From contig CAVNZM010000001.1 in assembly GCA_963693365.1 (NCBI GenBank), positions 20,220,125 to 20,284,124 of the forward strand: a DNA stretch of 64,000 bases. Reading direction: 5' to 3'. Shown here in pieces: positions 22,005-57,729 of this stretch. The notes below the pieces were generated by a model. That model searched no databases and was not told where the DNA came from. It worked only from the letters and a program-made list of their open reading frames with translations. How positions within the stretch are numbered: position 1 is the stretch's first letter; each line of letters starts with the position of its first letter. The translations under genes and the position numbers were made by a program. This DNA comes from Amoebidium appalachense. Taxonomy: Eukaryota > Protista > Ichthyosporea.

Positions 22005-23541
22005 TCCTCCCCCCCACTCACACACAGGAAAACCGTTGTAGTTCGGTAGGCCTCCCGCCTCCGGACACCAGGTGCCACATGCGCATAAATAGTCATAAAT
22101 ATTCATTATTGTATTGAATGTCCATACAGTCACAATGATCAATACGTGCACGTATGGGGGGCCCTTGAATATAATATCAGTGCACGATTGGCATTGATTC
22201 AAAGGAGTTGAGGTAAGCACGGGCTGGCCCGAAGCATATGGCATGGCAACTCAGATGAAAAGTCCCGCCGTACATTGCTCATTGTTGTTGTTGTTGGTCG
22301 GTTGGCTGATTTGTGTGTGTGAGGGAGGGGGGGAGGGGGGGGGGGGGGGGAGGGGGGAGGGAGGGGAGGGGGGGGGGGGGGGGGGGGGGGGTGATGGTGG
22401 TGGTGGTGGTGGTGGGGGGGACTCGGGCCCGGATAGTGGTTGTGGGCCGGGATACACGTCTCTGCAGAAATTCATGCCCAAAAACAAAATAATATACATA
22501 TAAAATATACTTCTGGTATAAAAGGACATCGATGGAAAAAGTATACAAACCTTGTTTATATTGTTACTAGTGTGAGTAACATAATCATTCAAGTACTGAC
22601 AGGAGATCGCAAACGATTGTCTTGCGATTTGACAGTTCACATTTTAGGTTGTGGTCCCTGAATGATATATATCTACCAATCAAAATCGACACTAAAACCC
22701 GTATTTGGGGAAAGAATGTGATGGTAATTGCCCTGCAGCTGAAGATTCGCAGAAGCTGACAGAGCATGCGATGACGTCCGCAAAAGAAAAAACAAACAAA
22801 CATTACAACATAAATTATATATGCAAATAACTGAAACATAATCATAATGCAGACTTCTAAATTAGCCCGTGATGTCCGTGTTCGTCCCACACATTTTGGC
22901 AACGATGATGTACCTCACCGTACTCTGGCATAAATCGATGACATATTCACGCACCCTGTAAATGAGTGTGCCTCACGCGTACGCGTAATCGCGTATCGAG
23001 ACATGTTCACACGGGAAAAATAAGCCGAAAAAACAAACCCTGTAGACAAAAGCACAATATATTCTTGAAAACCTTCCCCGTTTCCTTCCCCGTATTTATT
23101 GCTCTATAAGCTTACTTATAAACTGAAACTTTGAGCTGAGACGTTCTATATTAGAATCATACAGCGGATTTGCAAATTTACAACCCTGCCATCTTTGCAA
23201 TAACGCACCAATGAGATCGCAGGCTACTTTTTTCGGCGAATATAAAAACATTGACGTGTTCCCCCGGCGAGCCCAAAGTTCGCTCTCGTTCGCCTTTGGT
23301 TCGTTCACTTGAAAGTTTTGCGCCCCAAGGCAACTTACGCCCTACGTGTACATCCCGTCATTCTTTGGGGTTCTGTCTGGTTGTGTCATTATAATAATGT
23401 TTTAGAAGCTTAGCACATACCAATAGGCAGGAAAAGTGGGGCAACTATTTTATTTCAAAGCTCTTACAACCGGTACAAAGGTTGTTTTAATTTAGGTGCC
23501 CTGTTCTTTGAACTGGGATTTTCGTTCCTTGAACACACAGA

Positions 23542-24441
23542 ATGGCTGCATATTCGCAGTATGCCTCTCAGAGCACACAGGCACCTCCCTTCTCGGTGCG
23601 TCAATATGGCACTAGCCAGTTTGAATTTCTGGGCACAAAAACTTTGTGTACAGCCGCAGCTGTCGTAGCGGCTTCAAGGTTTCTAGATGTGAAAGGTGAC
23701 GTGAAAAAATGCCTAAACGATGACGAGCAGGTGCAGGATATTCTCGCTACGGGCGTGGTGTGGCACAGTCGATGGTTGGCAACTAGATGGTGCACGGGTG
23801 GGAGCGCGACGGGCAAGAAAAGCATAGAGGAGGTGGATGTGATGGCAACCACCGACGAAATATGTGCTCTGGAGGGTATTGGCATGTCCGTGACTGACGT
23901 ATGCTATGCGGGCCAAGTGGACGCACGCGAGTTTGGAGTGCCCCTAGTCCAGGCTGTGCGCAACCTATTTGTGGAGTCGAAGAAAAGGCTGCAGGCGTTT
24001 GTTTTAACAACAAAGGGGCTGTCTACGTTTTTGGGTAAGAGCCCAGGCTGCATAGTTGTTTTTGACAGCCACCGGAGGTCGGCTCATGACGGCCTGGCAG
24101 AGGAAGACCCGAAAAAGGGAAAGGCGGTGCTGATAAAGTTTGAGAATGCAGACGCGCTTGCCGGGTACTTGAGAAAGATGTATGGGGAAAAGGGTAGCAA
24201 GACGGAGTTTTACACGTTACAAGAGGTTGAGTTGGCCAAAGACCACACGGAGAAGGTGGTGGTTGAGGAGTGCGCGCAAGAGGAAACCCTCGACTTAAAA
24301 GTGAGCCGTGCCGTGGGTGAGCTGCAGAGCTGGCTGAAGAGCACCATGGGCTCTAGAGTGCGGGCCATGGAGTTGCCTAATAAGGCAGTAGTGGTACCTC
24401 CGGCAGAACGTAGTTTAGCTGTGACTGCTATAAGGAAGTGA
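23542..24441 (+). CDS. Intronless herpesvirus-tegument-like cysteine protease / deubiquitinase (peptidase C76, VTD family)
   Basis: 299-aa normal-complexity ORF with GTSQF (oxyanion Gln26), TLCTAAA (Cys36), DILATG, VVFDSH (Asp175/His177) and GKAVLIKF, in the order seen in UL36-type DUBs. Recognised by motif only. Confidence 0.75.
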   Translation: MAAYSQYASQSTQAPPFSVRQYGTSQFEFLGTKTLCTAAAVVAASRFLDVKGDVKKCLNDDEQVQDILATGVVWHSRWLATRWCTGGSATGKKSIEEVDVMATTDEICALEGIGMSVTDVCYAGQVDAREFGVPLVQAVRNLFVESKKRLQAFVLTTKGLSTFLGKSPGCIVVFDSHRRSAHDGLAEEDPKKGKAVLIKFENADALAGYLRKMYGEKGSKTEFYTLQEVELAKDHTEKVVVEECAQEETLDLKVSRAVGELQSWLKSTMGSRVRAMELPNKAVVVPPAERSLAVTAIRK

Positions 24442-24911
24442 GAATTTAAATAGTAACGAGTGTAATTGCTAGTTTAGTCGAATGATAATGACAGCTCGTA
24501 GCTCTACAGTAGCAATTTTTCATACAAGGCATACGTGGTGATAGTTGTGTTATGCATGGACGTGGGTTTGGGGTCTGAACGAATGTTAGAGACACAGGAG
24601 ACGGTAGCGAGCTACCTCCTGTGATCGAGTACTCGAGAATAGCGATAGTGAACTAGTTTTAACCCCAGAAGCAGTAACGGACGTATAGACTGGGTTTAGA
24701 CTGGGGGTATGGCGCCTAATTGCTTCGCAACCCATTATGCTGTTGAGAGAGTGTGTCATAAAAAGGAGCGGAAACATCGACTCCCCCTCCCCTCCTCCCC
24801 CCCCCCTTTCCCCTCGCCTGTGCCGCCTCTTTTCTCTATGCAGTCCGTGAATTCAATGTTCCGTTTCTACTCTCCGTGCTGTCCCCATCCTAGCAGCCAC
24901 CATTCATCAGC

Positions 24912-24942
<31 letters not shown>

Positions 24943-25104
24943 GGGCTGGTCACCAGAATAGCTTGGTGCTTGAGGCTCGAGCGTGCAGGGGTGGTGTCTG
25001 TATGTGCCATATCAAAGATAGGGCTCACGTGGGTTTTATAGGCTGTATTGGTTACGGGATTCTCTTTTCTTTCTTTCTTATGACTCATCCTGTGTGTGTC
25101 TTGG

Positions 25105-25179
<75 letters not shown>

Positions 25180-25786
25180 GGGTGGGGGGGGGGGGGGGGG
25201 GGGGGAGGGGGGGGGGAGTGAGGGATGCAGGTTCTTCTTTTCGCCCCTTGCTAGTGGAAAGTATCATAGGTCTGTAAATAGTAAACACCTGCACGTAAAC
25301 TACATGCAGTGTGCAAGATGCGCACATCTGCACGAATGCTATGAGAATCTAACTTTTCTATTTTTTTGTGGCTTCAGGCTCGAAGTAGATTAGCATTCAT
25401 TAAATTTTCCCTAGAAACCTGTGCTCAGCATATAACCGAACAACCCCCACGCCCACCCCACCCCCCAAACCTTCCTTCGCGTGGGGAACACGCCCACACA
25501 TTGCACACACAGACAAAAAAAACAAAAAAAATCCGGTCCCCCTCTGCCTATTCGCAGCAGGTTTTTCAGACGGGAATCCCCCTGCGTACCGAAGGTTTAC
25601 CGTTCAACTGCAGACAATGCACGCACGTCTGGGTCACTCGGAAGCCCGACCCTCCAACGCCCAGTGCGCAAGACCATACTTCCTAACGGCCCTGTGGCCG
25701 AGCGGAAACAGGAGCGTGTCTTGGGTTTACAGACCCAGCATCACCCGTTTCACACAAATTCACCGCCGCGAACGCGCCGGGATCTT

Positions 25787-25842
25787 ATTGGCCAAGGGTT
25801 ATCGCCCGATTGTGATTGGCTGTCTGTAGAAATGGCGCGAAA
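25787..25842. promoter_or_regulatory. Timeless promoter: two CCAAT boxes plus E2F site
   Basis: ATTGG at 25787 and 25815; TGGCGCGAAA (reverse complement TTTCGCGCCA, E2F consensus) at 25833-25842, about 260 bp upstream of the ATG. Confidence 0.65.
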
Positions 25843-26100
25843 CAATGTTGTCACCGGGCCTCCGGCTGCCGCCTGGTTTGAGCCAAGCTCCAGTGTCCGG
25901 TGCTGAGGAAAGTTTAGCAGGGTCGGAGCTTTCAGTTGGAGTAACAGAGGCACTTGCACGTTAAAACACAGGCAGATATGTGCACGCTAGTAGCAGGATA
26001 GCGCAAACATTCTTTTGCGACAGCCTAGGCAACTTTCATACCGCACACCACCCAAGGAGTTGGGGCAAACACGTCGTGGCCTGCCCCTCTAAGCGGCACC

Positions 26101-48329
<22,229 letters not shown>

Positions 48330-49377
48330 GCTAATAATAGCTGCATATGGGTGTCATGTGCTATTAATAGGTTAAATATAAGTGGGTGTTAGAATGGCGG
48401 CACATTTGATCAGTGCCCTAAGTAAGGCACGTGACACGCGCGTGCGCATGACTTTAGTCAACAGACGAAGCTAGCGCCATAATGCATGATGTGATGTGGC
48501 TAGGGATAACGTGTGCTTTTTATCGTTTTGTTAGTGCACATGTGTCCATCGATCTGCATGAGCTCTAATACCATGATTGTCATGTCAAAGTGTGTGCATG
48601 CTTGCATGCTTTGTGTTTGCTTGGAATCAAGCACCTAAGATTTCTTTTTTTTCGGTGTGTGTGTTTGTGGGAGGGGGGGGGGGGGGGAGGGGGGGAGGGG
48701 GGAGGAGGAGGGGGGGGGTTGAAAGACAAAAACAGTTTATTCCGAATGAAAAATGGGTTTGCTGACTTCAGCGACTGGTCGCGAATGTATTTTGGGCCAT
48801 AAGATCACAATGTGCCACATCATATGCAATGATGATGCATGTTCCACTTTCAGTTAAAAGAGAAGAAGGAGGAAAAACGATAGACCAAAGGCCCCTAAAA
48901 GCCGGCAATTTCAAAAGAATATTATTAAATGGTCTCCAAGGGGTAAGAAAAATAAAGGTTTAAGTTGCTCCCCTCCCCCCCCCAAAAAAAAACACCACAA
49001 GTCAGCACAAAGTTATTCTTCTGTAATACAAATGCGTACTGTACAATCTAGAGGCGTGACTGTATACAGGTAACGGCAGAGCTACAAACGGGTGTGATTC
49101 ATACTGTACAAGGTGCTTGTGCCTGTGCCTGTGCCTGTGCCTGTGCGTGTACTCTGTGTGTGTGTGTGTGCACGTGCGCATGCGTTTTTGTATGTGTGTG
49201 CGCGTGTGCATATGTGATCTTGTGTTTGTGGCGTGGAGAGGGATGGAGGTTCTATACATAACGATTCTTGCTGTGTTTGTGTTTACAGGTGAAAATCCAA
49301 TGGGGTTATCAGGGAAAATAAACAAAGGTAGATGGCCGGGCAGGATGGAAGGCCATTTGCAGGCTAGCCCATCTTTT

Positions 49378-50347
49378 CTAGGGCTGTGATTGGCCGGGAG
49401 CAACCAATAGCTGATGGCTACGCTGGAGCACATCCACAGCCTCCTTCATCACCTCCACCACAATCTGGGCCAATCGAATTAATATTAGAGCCGGGTGGTG
49501 GACATGTACACTGTGATACACGGACGTGCAGAGATATACACGATGTGTGTAGCACACTGCCTGCCATGCATAGATATACTCAACATGACATGCATAGATA
49601 TGCTGAATATGAAATGCATAGATATAGTCAACTTGACATGCATAGATATACTCAACATGAAATGCATAGAAATACTAAACATGACATGAATAGATATATT
49701 CAACATGAAATGCATAGAAATACTAAACATGACATGAATAGATGTATTCAAGTTAAAATGCATAGATATACTCAACATGAAATGCATAGAAATACTAAAC
49801 ATGACATGAATAGATATATTCAACTTAAAATGCATAAATATACTCAACATGAAATGCATAGAAATACTAAACATGAAATGCATAGATATATTCAACTTGA
49901 CATGCATAGATATACTCAACATGAAATGCATAGAAATACTAAACATGACATGAATAGATATACTCAACCTGACATGCATAGATATACCCTGAACATGTCA
50001 TGAACCTATGTACTCTGACATCCCATGCATAGACATATACTCTAACATACAGTGCAGAGATATGCCTCAACCCGCCATGCATAGGCACGTCGATACCACC
50101 CCCATAACACATCTTGGCATGGCAAACAACTGGGTTAAGCAGCATATATGGCCATGCACACACACAGCTAGAAAGAACAACTGCACCACATTGCATATTA
50201 TGGTGGTGGCCTGGTGGTGGTGGTGGTGGTGGTTGGGGGGGGGGGGGGGGGGGGGGGGGAGTGTGTCTGTGTGTGTGGGTTTGTGTTTCTGGTGCCACAG
50301 TGGTTGGAATGGTTGTGGGGTGGGATTGGTGTGTGTGGGTGTGGGTG

Positions 50348-50402
<55 letters not shown>

Positions 50403-50673
50403 TGGGGGGGGGGGGGGGGGGAAGGAGGGCACTGCGCCAGGCCGGGGAGGAGGGAGGGGGGGGGGGGGAGGGGGGGGGGGGGGGGCTGGTACCTCTCCGG
50501 CAGGCTGGATGCAGCGAATCATGTCCACACCCTCTCCCGAGTGCACATCCATCACGTTCACATCTTGCTGCCTGCCAATCAAATGGCCCGTTATATTTTA
50601 AATCGCCCAATACCGGTAGGGCAATACCCAACACTCGGTCACAGAGCTCCCAACATCCGTTGCCCCCCCACAA

Positions 50674-50706
<33 letters not shown>

Positions 50707-51686
50707 CCACCACCACCCCCACCACCACCACCACACACACACACACACCTCCCCACACCCCCCCCCCCCCCCCCACACACACAAAAAAAAAAATCTCGCC
50801 TACATAGACACAGATCTCAACCAACCTCACCTCCAAATGCAGAACAAATCCCCCAAGAGCAATAGTAGGCAACGAAGACAGATATGGAATGGAGAGACAA
50901 TCGAGAGTCAAGGGTCTGGAGCGAGTGAAAAGGCTTTTTTTGGTGGTGGTGGTGTGTGTGTGTTGGGGGGGGGGGGGGGGGGGGGAGGGAGGGGAGGGGG
51001 GAGGGGGGAAGCACCCACTTGTATCTTTCAGCATAGACCTTCCTCTCGTCTTCTAGCACCTTCTTCAGCCCCTCCTCGTCCCCAGCCCACAGGTCTGAGA
51101 ACTCATTCTTCAGATAGCGGCAGCCCCACACCTCCGGCCACGGCTTGGACTTCACCCAATCAAAAACGTGCGTGTAGACCGTGTCGTCCCCATTGCCCTC
51201 CACCAACCGTTGCTTCGTTTTGATTGGCCAGATTGACTCGTTGCTTGCGCAAAATCTTGTTCCCATGACAACACCATCAGCACCCAATGAGAGGGCCGCA
51301 GCCAGGCCCCTGCCATCGCACACCCCCCCTGCAGCCAACACGGGCACACGGCCAGCCACCATATCGACCATGGCGGGAACCAATGGGAACAGAGACCGTG
51401 CATTCCACGAGTGCCCCCCTGCCTCTGCCCCCTGCGCCACGAGGATGTCCGCACCGGCCTCAAGTGCCTGCCGCCCCTCAGACACAGTCCCGACCTGGGG
51501 GGGGGGGGGGGGGGGGGGGGGCAGAGAGATATCCCGAGAATTCGGAGGGAGGGGGGGGGGGGAGAGGGGTGGAAAAGGGGGGGAAAGGGGGAGGGAAGGG
51601 GAGAGGAGGGGGAGGGGGTGAGAAGGGGTGGATTGGAAGAAAGAACGTGGACGGAGACATCCCTGGGAAAGGGGGGGATGGTATTT

Positions 51687-51718
<32 letters not shown>

Positions 51719-52323
51719 GGGGAGGGGGGGGGAGGGGGGCAAAGTAAGTCTATGGGCAGGTACAAGGTGTTAAGGACTAAGGGGAGGCAGGTTCTATTCT
51801 TTGCATGGCTGTTGCTTGTGGGTATCTTATGCAGGGAAGGGGCTGTGGGGTATGGTTTGGGGTGCCGCAGCTGGGAGGAGGTCCAGAAAGCATGGCCAGG
51901 CAGCATCCATTTGCATCCATTTTAGTATACAATGATAGGGTGCAATGGAAACAGCTTCCACACGTAGAAGAGAGGTGGGGGCCCCCGGGGGGAGGAGGGG
52001 AGGGGGGGGGGGGGGGGGGAGGGGGGGGGGATCTCTACTGACTCTGGGGAAAACAAAATAGTTCCACGTGTATATTTTAAATTATCTTCATGTGAGCGGC
52101 TCCTCTTCCTCTCTTCCTTTTCCATCCCATCCCCGTCAACCCATTATGTATCTCCCCCTCTTTAACTCTCCTCATCGGGGCCTGCGGCTCACTTGTTTGC
52201 TTTTACGTGCTCTAACACACACCCACAAGAGGCCCATATGGGGGGGGGGGGGGGGGGGGGGGGTTACGGGCACAACTTGTTTGCTTTTACGTACTCTAAC
52301 ACACATCCACAAGAGGCCCTTAT

Positions 52324-52360
<37 letters not shown>

Positions 52361-53629
52361 AACACGCACACAGGCCAAACACACACACACACACACCTGG
52401 CAAGCCACGAGAGCACCTGCGCTCTTTATCTCCTTCACATATGGTGCTGGGTCCCCAAACGACAGCCACACGACGGGGGGTTTGTGAGCCAGTGCAGCAG
52501 AAAGGAGCTGGGGCTTTTCGGCAAGAACAAAACTCAGAAGCCCGATGCTCACACGCTCCCCCTCTGCGTCGTTAAACAACTTGTCGATCTATGAATAAAA
52601 TGTGTGAGCATGAGCTTGTGGCCTGAGTGCTTGTGGGTGTGCTTGTAAAGAAAACAGGCGGAGAGGGCTGATAACGACAAGCAAAAGCTGGAGGGAAGGA
52701 GGGCGGGGAGGGGCAGGGCGCCGGGGGGGAGGGGGGGGGGGGGGGGGGGGGGGGGGGACGAGCAAGGTCACAGTGGTGTTCAAAGACAAAGGGACTCACC
52801 CAATAATACCCAATACCAGCGCAGTCAAAACATGGGTCATCAAGGGAGAGGAGGAGGAGGAGGAGAAACGAAGTATGAACGGAGGGAAGAGGTATTACAC
52901 CAGGTAATTGGGACCTTTGTTAGCACGCAGAATGGGAGCAAAAGGCTGCACAAAGTGGTCGAGGCATATTCAAGCACTAGTAGCAACCATGTTCTGAAGG
53001 GCGGCGGGGTGAGGGAGAGGGACAGGGAGACTGGTGGAGGGAGAGAGAGGGAGAGTGAGAGGGAGAGGGAGAGGGAGAGGGGAGGGGAGTGGGGGGAGGG
53101 GCGGAGGGAGAGAGGTACGGAGCAGAGGAGGGAGAGAGGAGCAGACTTATGACTGCCAATCTCCAAAGGCCATAAACACCCAAGTAAATTTTACCCAAAT
53201 TTTCGTTGCTGAACCTAACAGCACTGTGTACTCATGTTACACCACAGAAAACTGTCAATCGCACTTTCACAAAAGCTTTACAACGCACGCACGCAAGATG
53301 ATGCTTAGAGCGAGTGCAATTAGGGATTTCGAACATCGGCTTTTGTGCAAGAAGACGTGAGGAGGGAGTGACGGGGCGGAGGGGCGGGGGGGAGGGGGGG
53401 GGGGAGGGAGGGAGGAGGGAAGGGGGAGGGGGGGGGGGGGGGGAGTGGGGGGTTGGCTGTCATGGCTCACCTCTTCGACGGAAGAGAACCCGCCGCCCAC
53501 AAACCCAAGGCCGCCTGCGCGTTGCACGGCAGCGGCTAGCTTGCCCCCGGCTGAGCCGGCCATGGGGGCAAGCACTAGCGGGTGGGCCACACCCACTAGG
53601 CGTGTGAACTTGGTGGCAATAACACTCAT
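49378..53629 (-). CDS. Nitronate monooxygenase (2-nitropropane dioxygenase family, FMN TIM barrel); exons 53629-53471, 52588-52397, 51494-51019, 50571-50493, 49464-49378
   Basis: HPLVLAPMAG..GGKLAAAV.RAGGLG; WLSFG; QVGT..E..A..AGAD.LVAQG.EAGGH (catalytic His); PVLAAGGVCDGRGLAAALSLGADGVVMGTRF..S.ES; GEGVDMI..I.PAGEIV. All junctions are GT-AG and in phase. Confidence 0.95.
49565..50005. repeat. 24-bp minisatellite (~18 copies) in the last NMO intron
   Basis: Unit approximately ATGCATAGATATACTCAACATGAA with recurring variants. Confidence 0.92.
52190..52358. repeat. Tandem duplication (~85 bp x2) in NMO intron 2
   Basis: ACTTGTTTGCTTTTACGT.CTCTAACACACA.CCACAAGAGGCCC.TAT plus poly-G occurs twice. 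Confidence 0.85.
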
Positions 53630-53933
53630 GGTGGCGGGGGAGTAACGTAGAGTGAGGCAGTGGAAAGGAGGGCGGTCAAGTTTTTTCAAGTTTTTTTTTT
53701 TCTGGCCGCGGCCGCGGCTCAGGGAGGCTCAGTTGCGCTGTCCAATAAGAAAATTCAGAAGAATGTGCCAAGGTTTATAATGATTAGCTTGTGTATCATA
53801 GACGAAAAATGATTGGTCATTACAGTGATTGCGAAGTTCGAATGATTCGAATCGTGACACTGCGAGGACACGATCGTCGAGTGGTTATTTGTTCCCACCA
53901 AGAAACGTTGACACACACACACACCGTGACGAC

Positions 53934-54080
<147 letters not shown>

Positions 54081-54109
54081 ATACATGCATGCACACACAC
54101 ACATGTGAC

Positions 54110-54235
<126 letters not shown>

Positions 54236-55339
54236 GACAGACACTGGGCACACATTACATGCTACACATACCAAAACACACGCACGCACCCAGTGCCACG
54301 CACCCACAGTACGTACGCGCACTGCGGTCCACACGCAACCACAGTGTCAGATCTATCTCTACATATATACACACGCACAAACACACACACGCACATATCA
54401 CATCAGCGGCATATGCATTCAGTGATAATCATCTGATGATAATAAGTTGCAGCAGTATACTATCACTTGGCACTAAAAATCTCCAAGGTCGCGCGCCTTT
54501 GTCTGTTTGGTGCACACGCACACACGAACACATACACACACAGAGAGAGAGCCCGAGAGTATCAGCACACAGCAGTGTCGCACATAGCTGTCGCACATAC
54601 TGATGTGCACACACAACACACTGTGTGTACCCGTACCGGTGTTTTTATTTGTGTGTCGATGTCACACCGTTTGTTGCAAGGTTGCTTGCCTGTGCAAGCT
54701 GTGCGCAGATGTGTTGTGCGTGCCACTGAGTTCCACTGAGACGTTTGTAATACACGTTGGCGTGTTGATACCATGTGAGTAATATTCTATAAATAACCAG
54801 CAATCCCCAAAATTACCACAAATTTTTTTTTTAAAAAAAAACAGTTATATCTCCACATATGATGTCTATTTGATACGTCATTAATTTGTATGATGTAAAT
54901 GTAACACCGATTTTTTACATGCATATCTTGTTGGGTGGAAGTACTGTTGGCCTTGGTGTGGCAACCGACAACTCATCACAGCTCACCTACATGTCGTTAA
55001 TAAACAGCACATCCCCCCCCCCCCCCCCTCCCCCCCTTTTTAAAGAATGCGAAATAAACGGATATATAATTATCAGGCATGTGCAACCGCCAAAAATCTT
55101 TATGCAGTGCTGCATGCGCACCATCTGTGTGATGTAATTGGTCCGAGACACTCCATATTTCTCTATGAGGAGTGGCCAGATGGCATGTGGAAGGTGGAAG
55201 GAAAGAGAACATGGCAGACGTAGGCGACCACGCGTGCGCGTGGGTAGATGATCATGCTGCTTGTGCACGGCCATCTAGAGTCTCTAGATGGCCGTGTGCT
55301 TGTGCCAGGATTTTTAATTCTGTTTCGGCACCGGCGCCC

Positions 55340-55784
55340 GAGTCCTGAAGTCAGCCAGATTGGCTGAGTCAACTTGCTCCGAGAGCAGAAATATTCTGCA
55401 ATAAGCAGAATATTCGGCAAATAGCAAAATTGTTCTGGTAGAAGCAGAATCATAATCAATTATAAGTATCAAGCAAGGGCAGAATTGTTTTGCAAAAGCA
55501 GAATCATAAGAGTATTCTGCTAAAAGCAGAGTTATTCTGATTAGCAGAAAACTCTTTAAAAAGCAGAGTGATTCTGCTGCTCAAAGCAGAATAATCCTGC
55601 TTTTGCAGAGTGTTCTGCTTTCTGCACTTTTTGCAGATTAATTCTTCTTTTGCAGGTTAATTCTGCTCACTGAGAATAATTCTGCTTTTGCAGAATAATT
55701 CTGCTCTTTGCAGAATAATTCCGCTATTTGCAGAATATTAATTCTGCTTTTTGCGAATTGATTCTGCCGAGGTGGTTGGGCCCT
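55340..55784. mobile_element. GCAGAAT/ATTCTGC repeat array, copy 2
   Basis: About 20-bp units such as TTTGCAGAATAATTCTGC; right end (...ATTCTGCTTTTTGCGAATTGATTCTGCCGA...GGGCCCT) resembles the ends of copy 1. Confidence 0.55.
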
Positions 55785-55883
55785 TCCGAACATCATGCGC
55801 TACATAACTCTTCCAAGGGTTTGTTAATTTTGCTATTTGTTTTGGGGCTGCAAATTACGCAGTTGCACGCCAATGTATGTCCT

Positions 55884-55928
<45 letters not shown>

Positions 55929-56528
55929 ACCCACCCACCACCACCACCACCGGCACCACCACCCTGAAAAAGAAAAAAAGAAAAAAAGAGCAACAAAAGC
56001 GAAAGAAAGAAAGAACAACCGACCACTTGGCTGTCAAGATACCTGGTACCCGTTTAAGTTGTTTGGTGTTTTGTCACTGTGAGATTGATACCCCTTATGA
56101 AATGTCGTCTATGTATGCACCAACCATTTAAAGTTATGCTGAGCTGAAATGGTGTGGAAACCTGTTACATATGCCTGCAATTATCCATTTTAGTGTTTGC
56201 ATTAACGACTTAAGGGGTCTAACGTGAAATGTACATGTTGTCGGTTTTTGACGACCTAGTACTCAACCTTCAATCTGCCAGGCTGATGTTGATCGTTCAG
56301 TTCATTGGACTTCACGAAATGAACAGAAATTTAACAACTGCTGTGGACAGCCATGCATTCCGTACTGTATGTGTCGTGAGGGGAGAGGGGGGGGGAGGGG
56401 GGTTCTGTTTGCGGAATGCCTGTGTGCACGTGCGGGGTGAGCTAAATGTGGAGAGAGAGAAAGAGAGGGGGGGAGGGGGGAGGGAGGGAGGGAGGGGGGG
56501 AGAGAGAGATCTTGAGAGAGAGAGATCT

Positions 56529-56589
<61 letters not shown>

Positions 56590-56604
56590 TGCAAGAGAGA
56601 GAGA

Positions 56605-56673
<69 letters not shown>

Positions 56674-56944
56674 GAGAGAAAGTGTGTGTGTGTGTGTGTG
56701 TGTGTGTTTGTGTGTGCCGGTATCCTTTCTGGGTATCACGTACATACGGTGCGTTAGGGGGAGAAGGTCTATGGGTCTTGTGTGCCATGGTGATTGCGCT
56801 ATGTCTGCAACAATCGATATGATGCACCCGCGCATGTGTATGGACGTGCATCATGCGGCATATGTGTGTGTGTTTCTTTTCTTCATTTTTCTTGCCTGCG
56901 TGGCAGCCGGGCCTGGCGGCTGTTGGGAAGAGAGAGGTGTGTGT

Positions 56945-56999
<55 letters not shown>

Positions 57000-57729
57000 G
57001 CTTTCAAAGTTAAAGGCTGGCACACAATTTATTACACAACCAGTGTGCACAAAAAAAAAAAAAAAAAAAAAAAAAAAGGGACGGGCCAGAGTGATGACTG
57101 GAATTACCGACATTCTTGATAACTAGTTGATAGTGTTCGCTGACACCGAAAAACATTGAATCTCATATGCTTGCTCAAAAAATATCATTGAATTTAAGGT
57201 TAAAAGTCTGGATTCCTTCTACTAATCAGGAAAAGGAATTATGCCGAGCACCAACATGACGTCATCGTCACAGTAATTATGTACGTAGCATCATAGAGTT
57301 CAATGCATATCGTTTTTATCAGAATGAGTGCCAGCACGCTGTGCACATGAGAAGACCACAAAACTTAGACACACCCCCCCCCCCCCCCCCCCCCCTCTCC
57401 CCGGCAGGGAAAAATGAAATGGAACAAAAACAAAAAAGCCTGCTCGAAAAAAGAAAAAAAAGAAAAAAAACACCAAGGAAAAAGAGTACAAGGCACAACG
57501 AGAACACCTGTAAAGATAAATACCAGAGCCGTCTACTGAAGCACGACACCCTACCCAGCACCGAAACCACCGCCCCTTTCTCCTATGCACTCCCAATTCC
57601 TAACAGTTACATTCCAAATCAAAAGACCAATCCACAGACCTTCTAACCGGCGGTACCACCGGATTGACCCATTATCAAGCCAATCATCTCCACCCGTTTC
57701 TACATTTAGCATGGCCCACACACCACCGC

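Noticed and set aside
22036-22070. tRNA-like 3' end ...TCCCGCCTCCGGACACCA (or a PBS on the minus strand)
   Set aside because: No T-loop at the right spacing, no cloverleaf, no adjacent LTR end.
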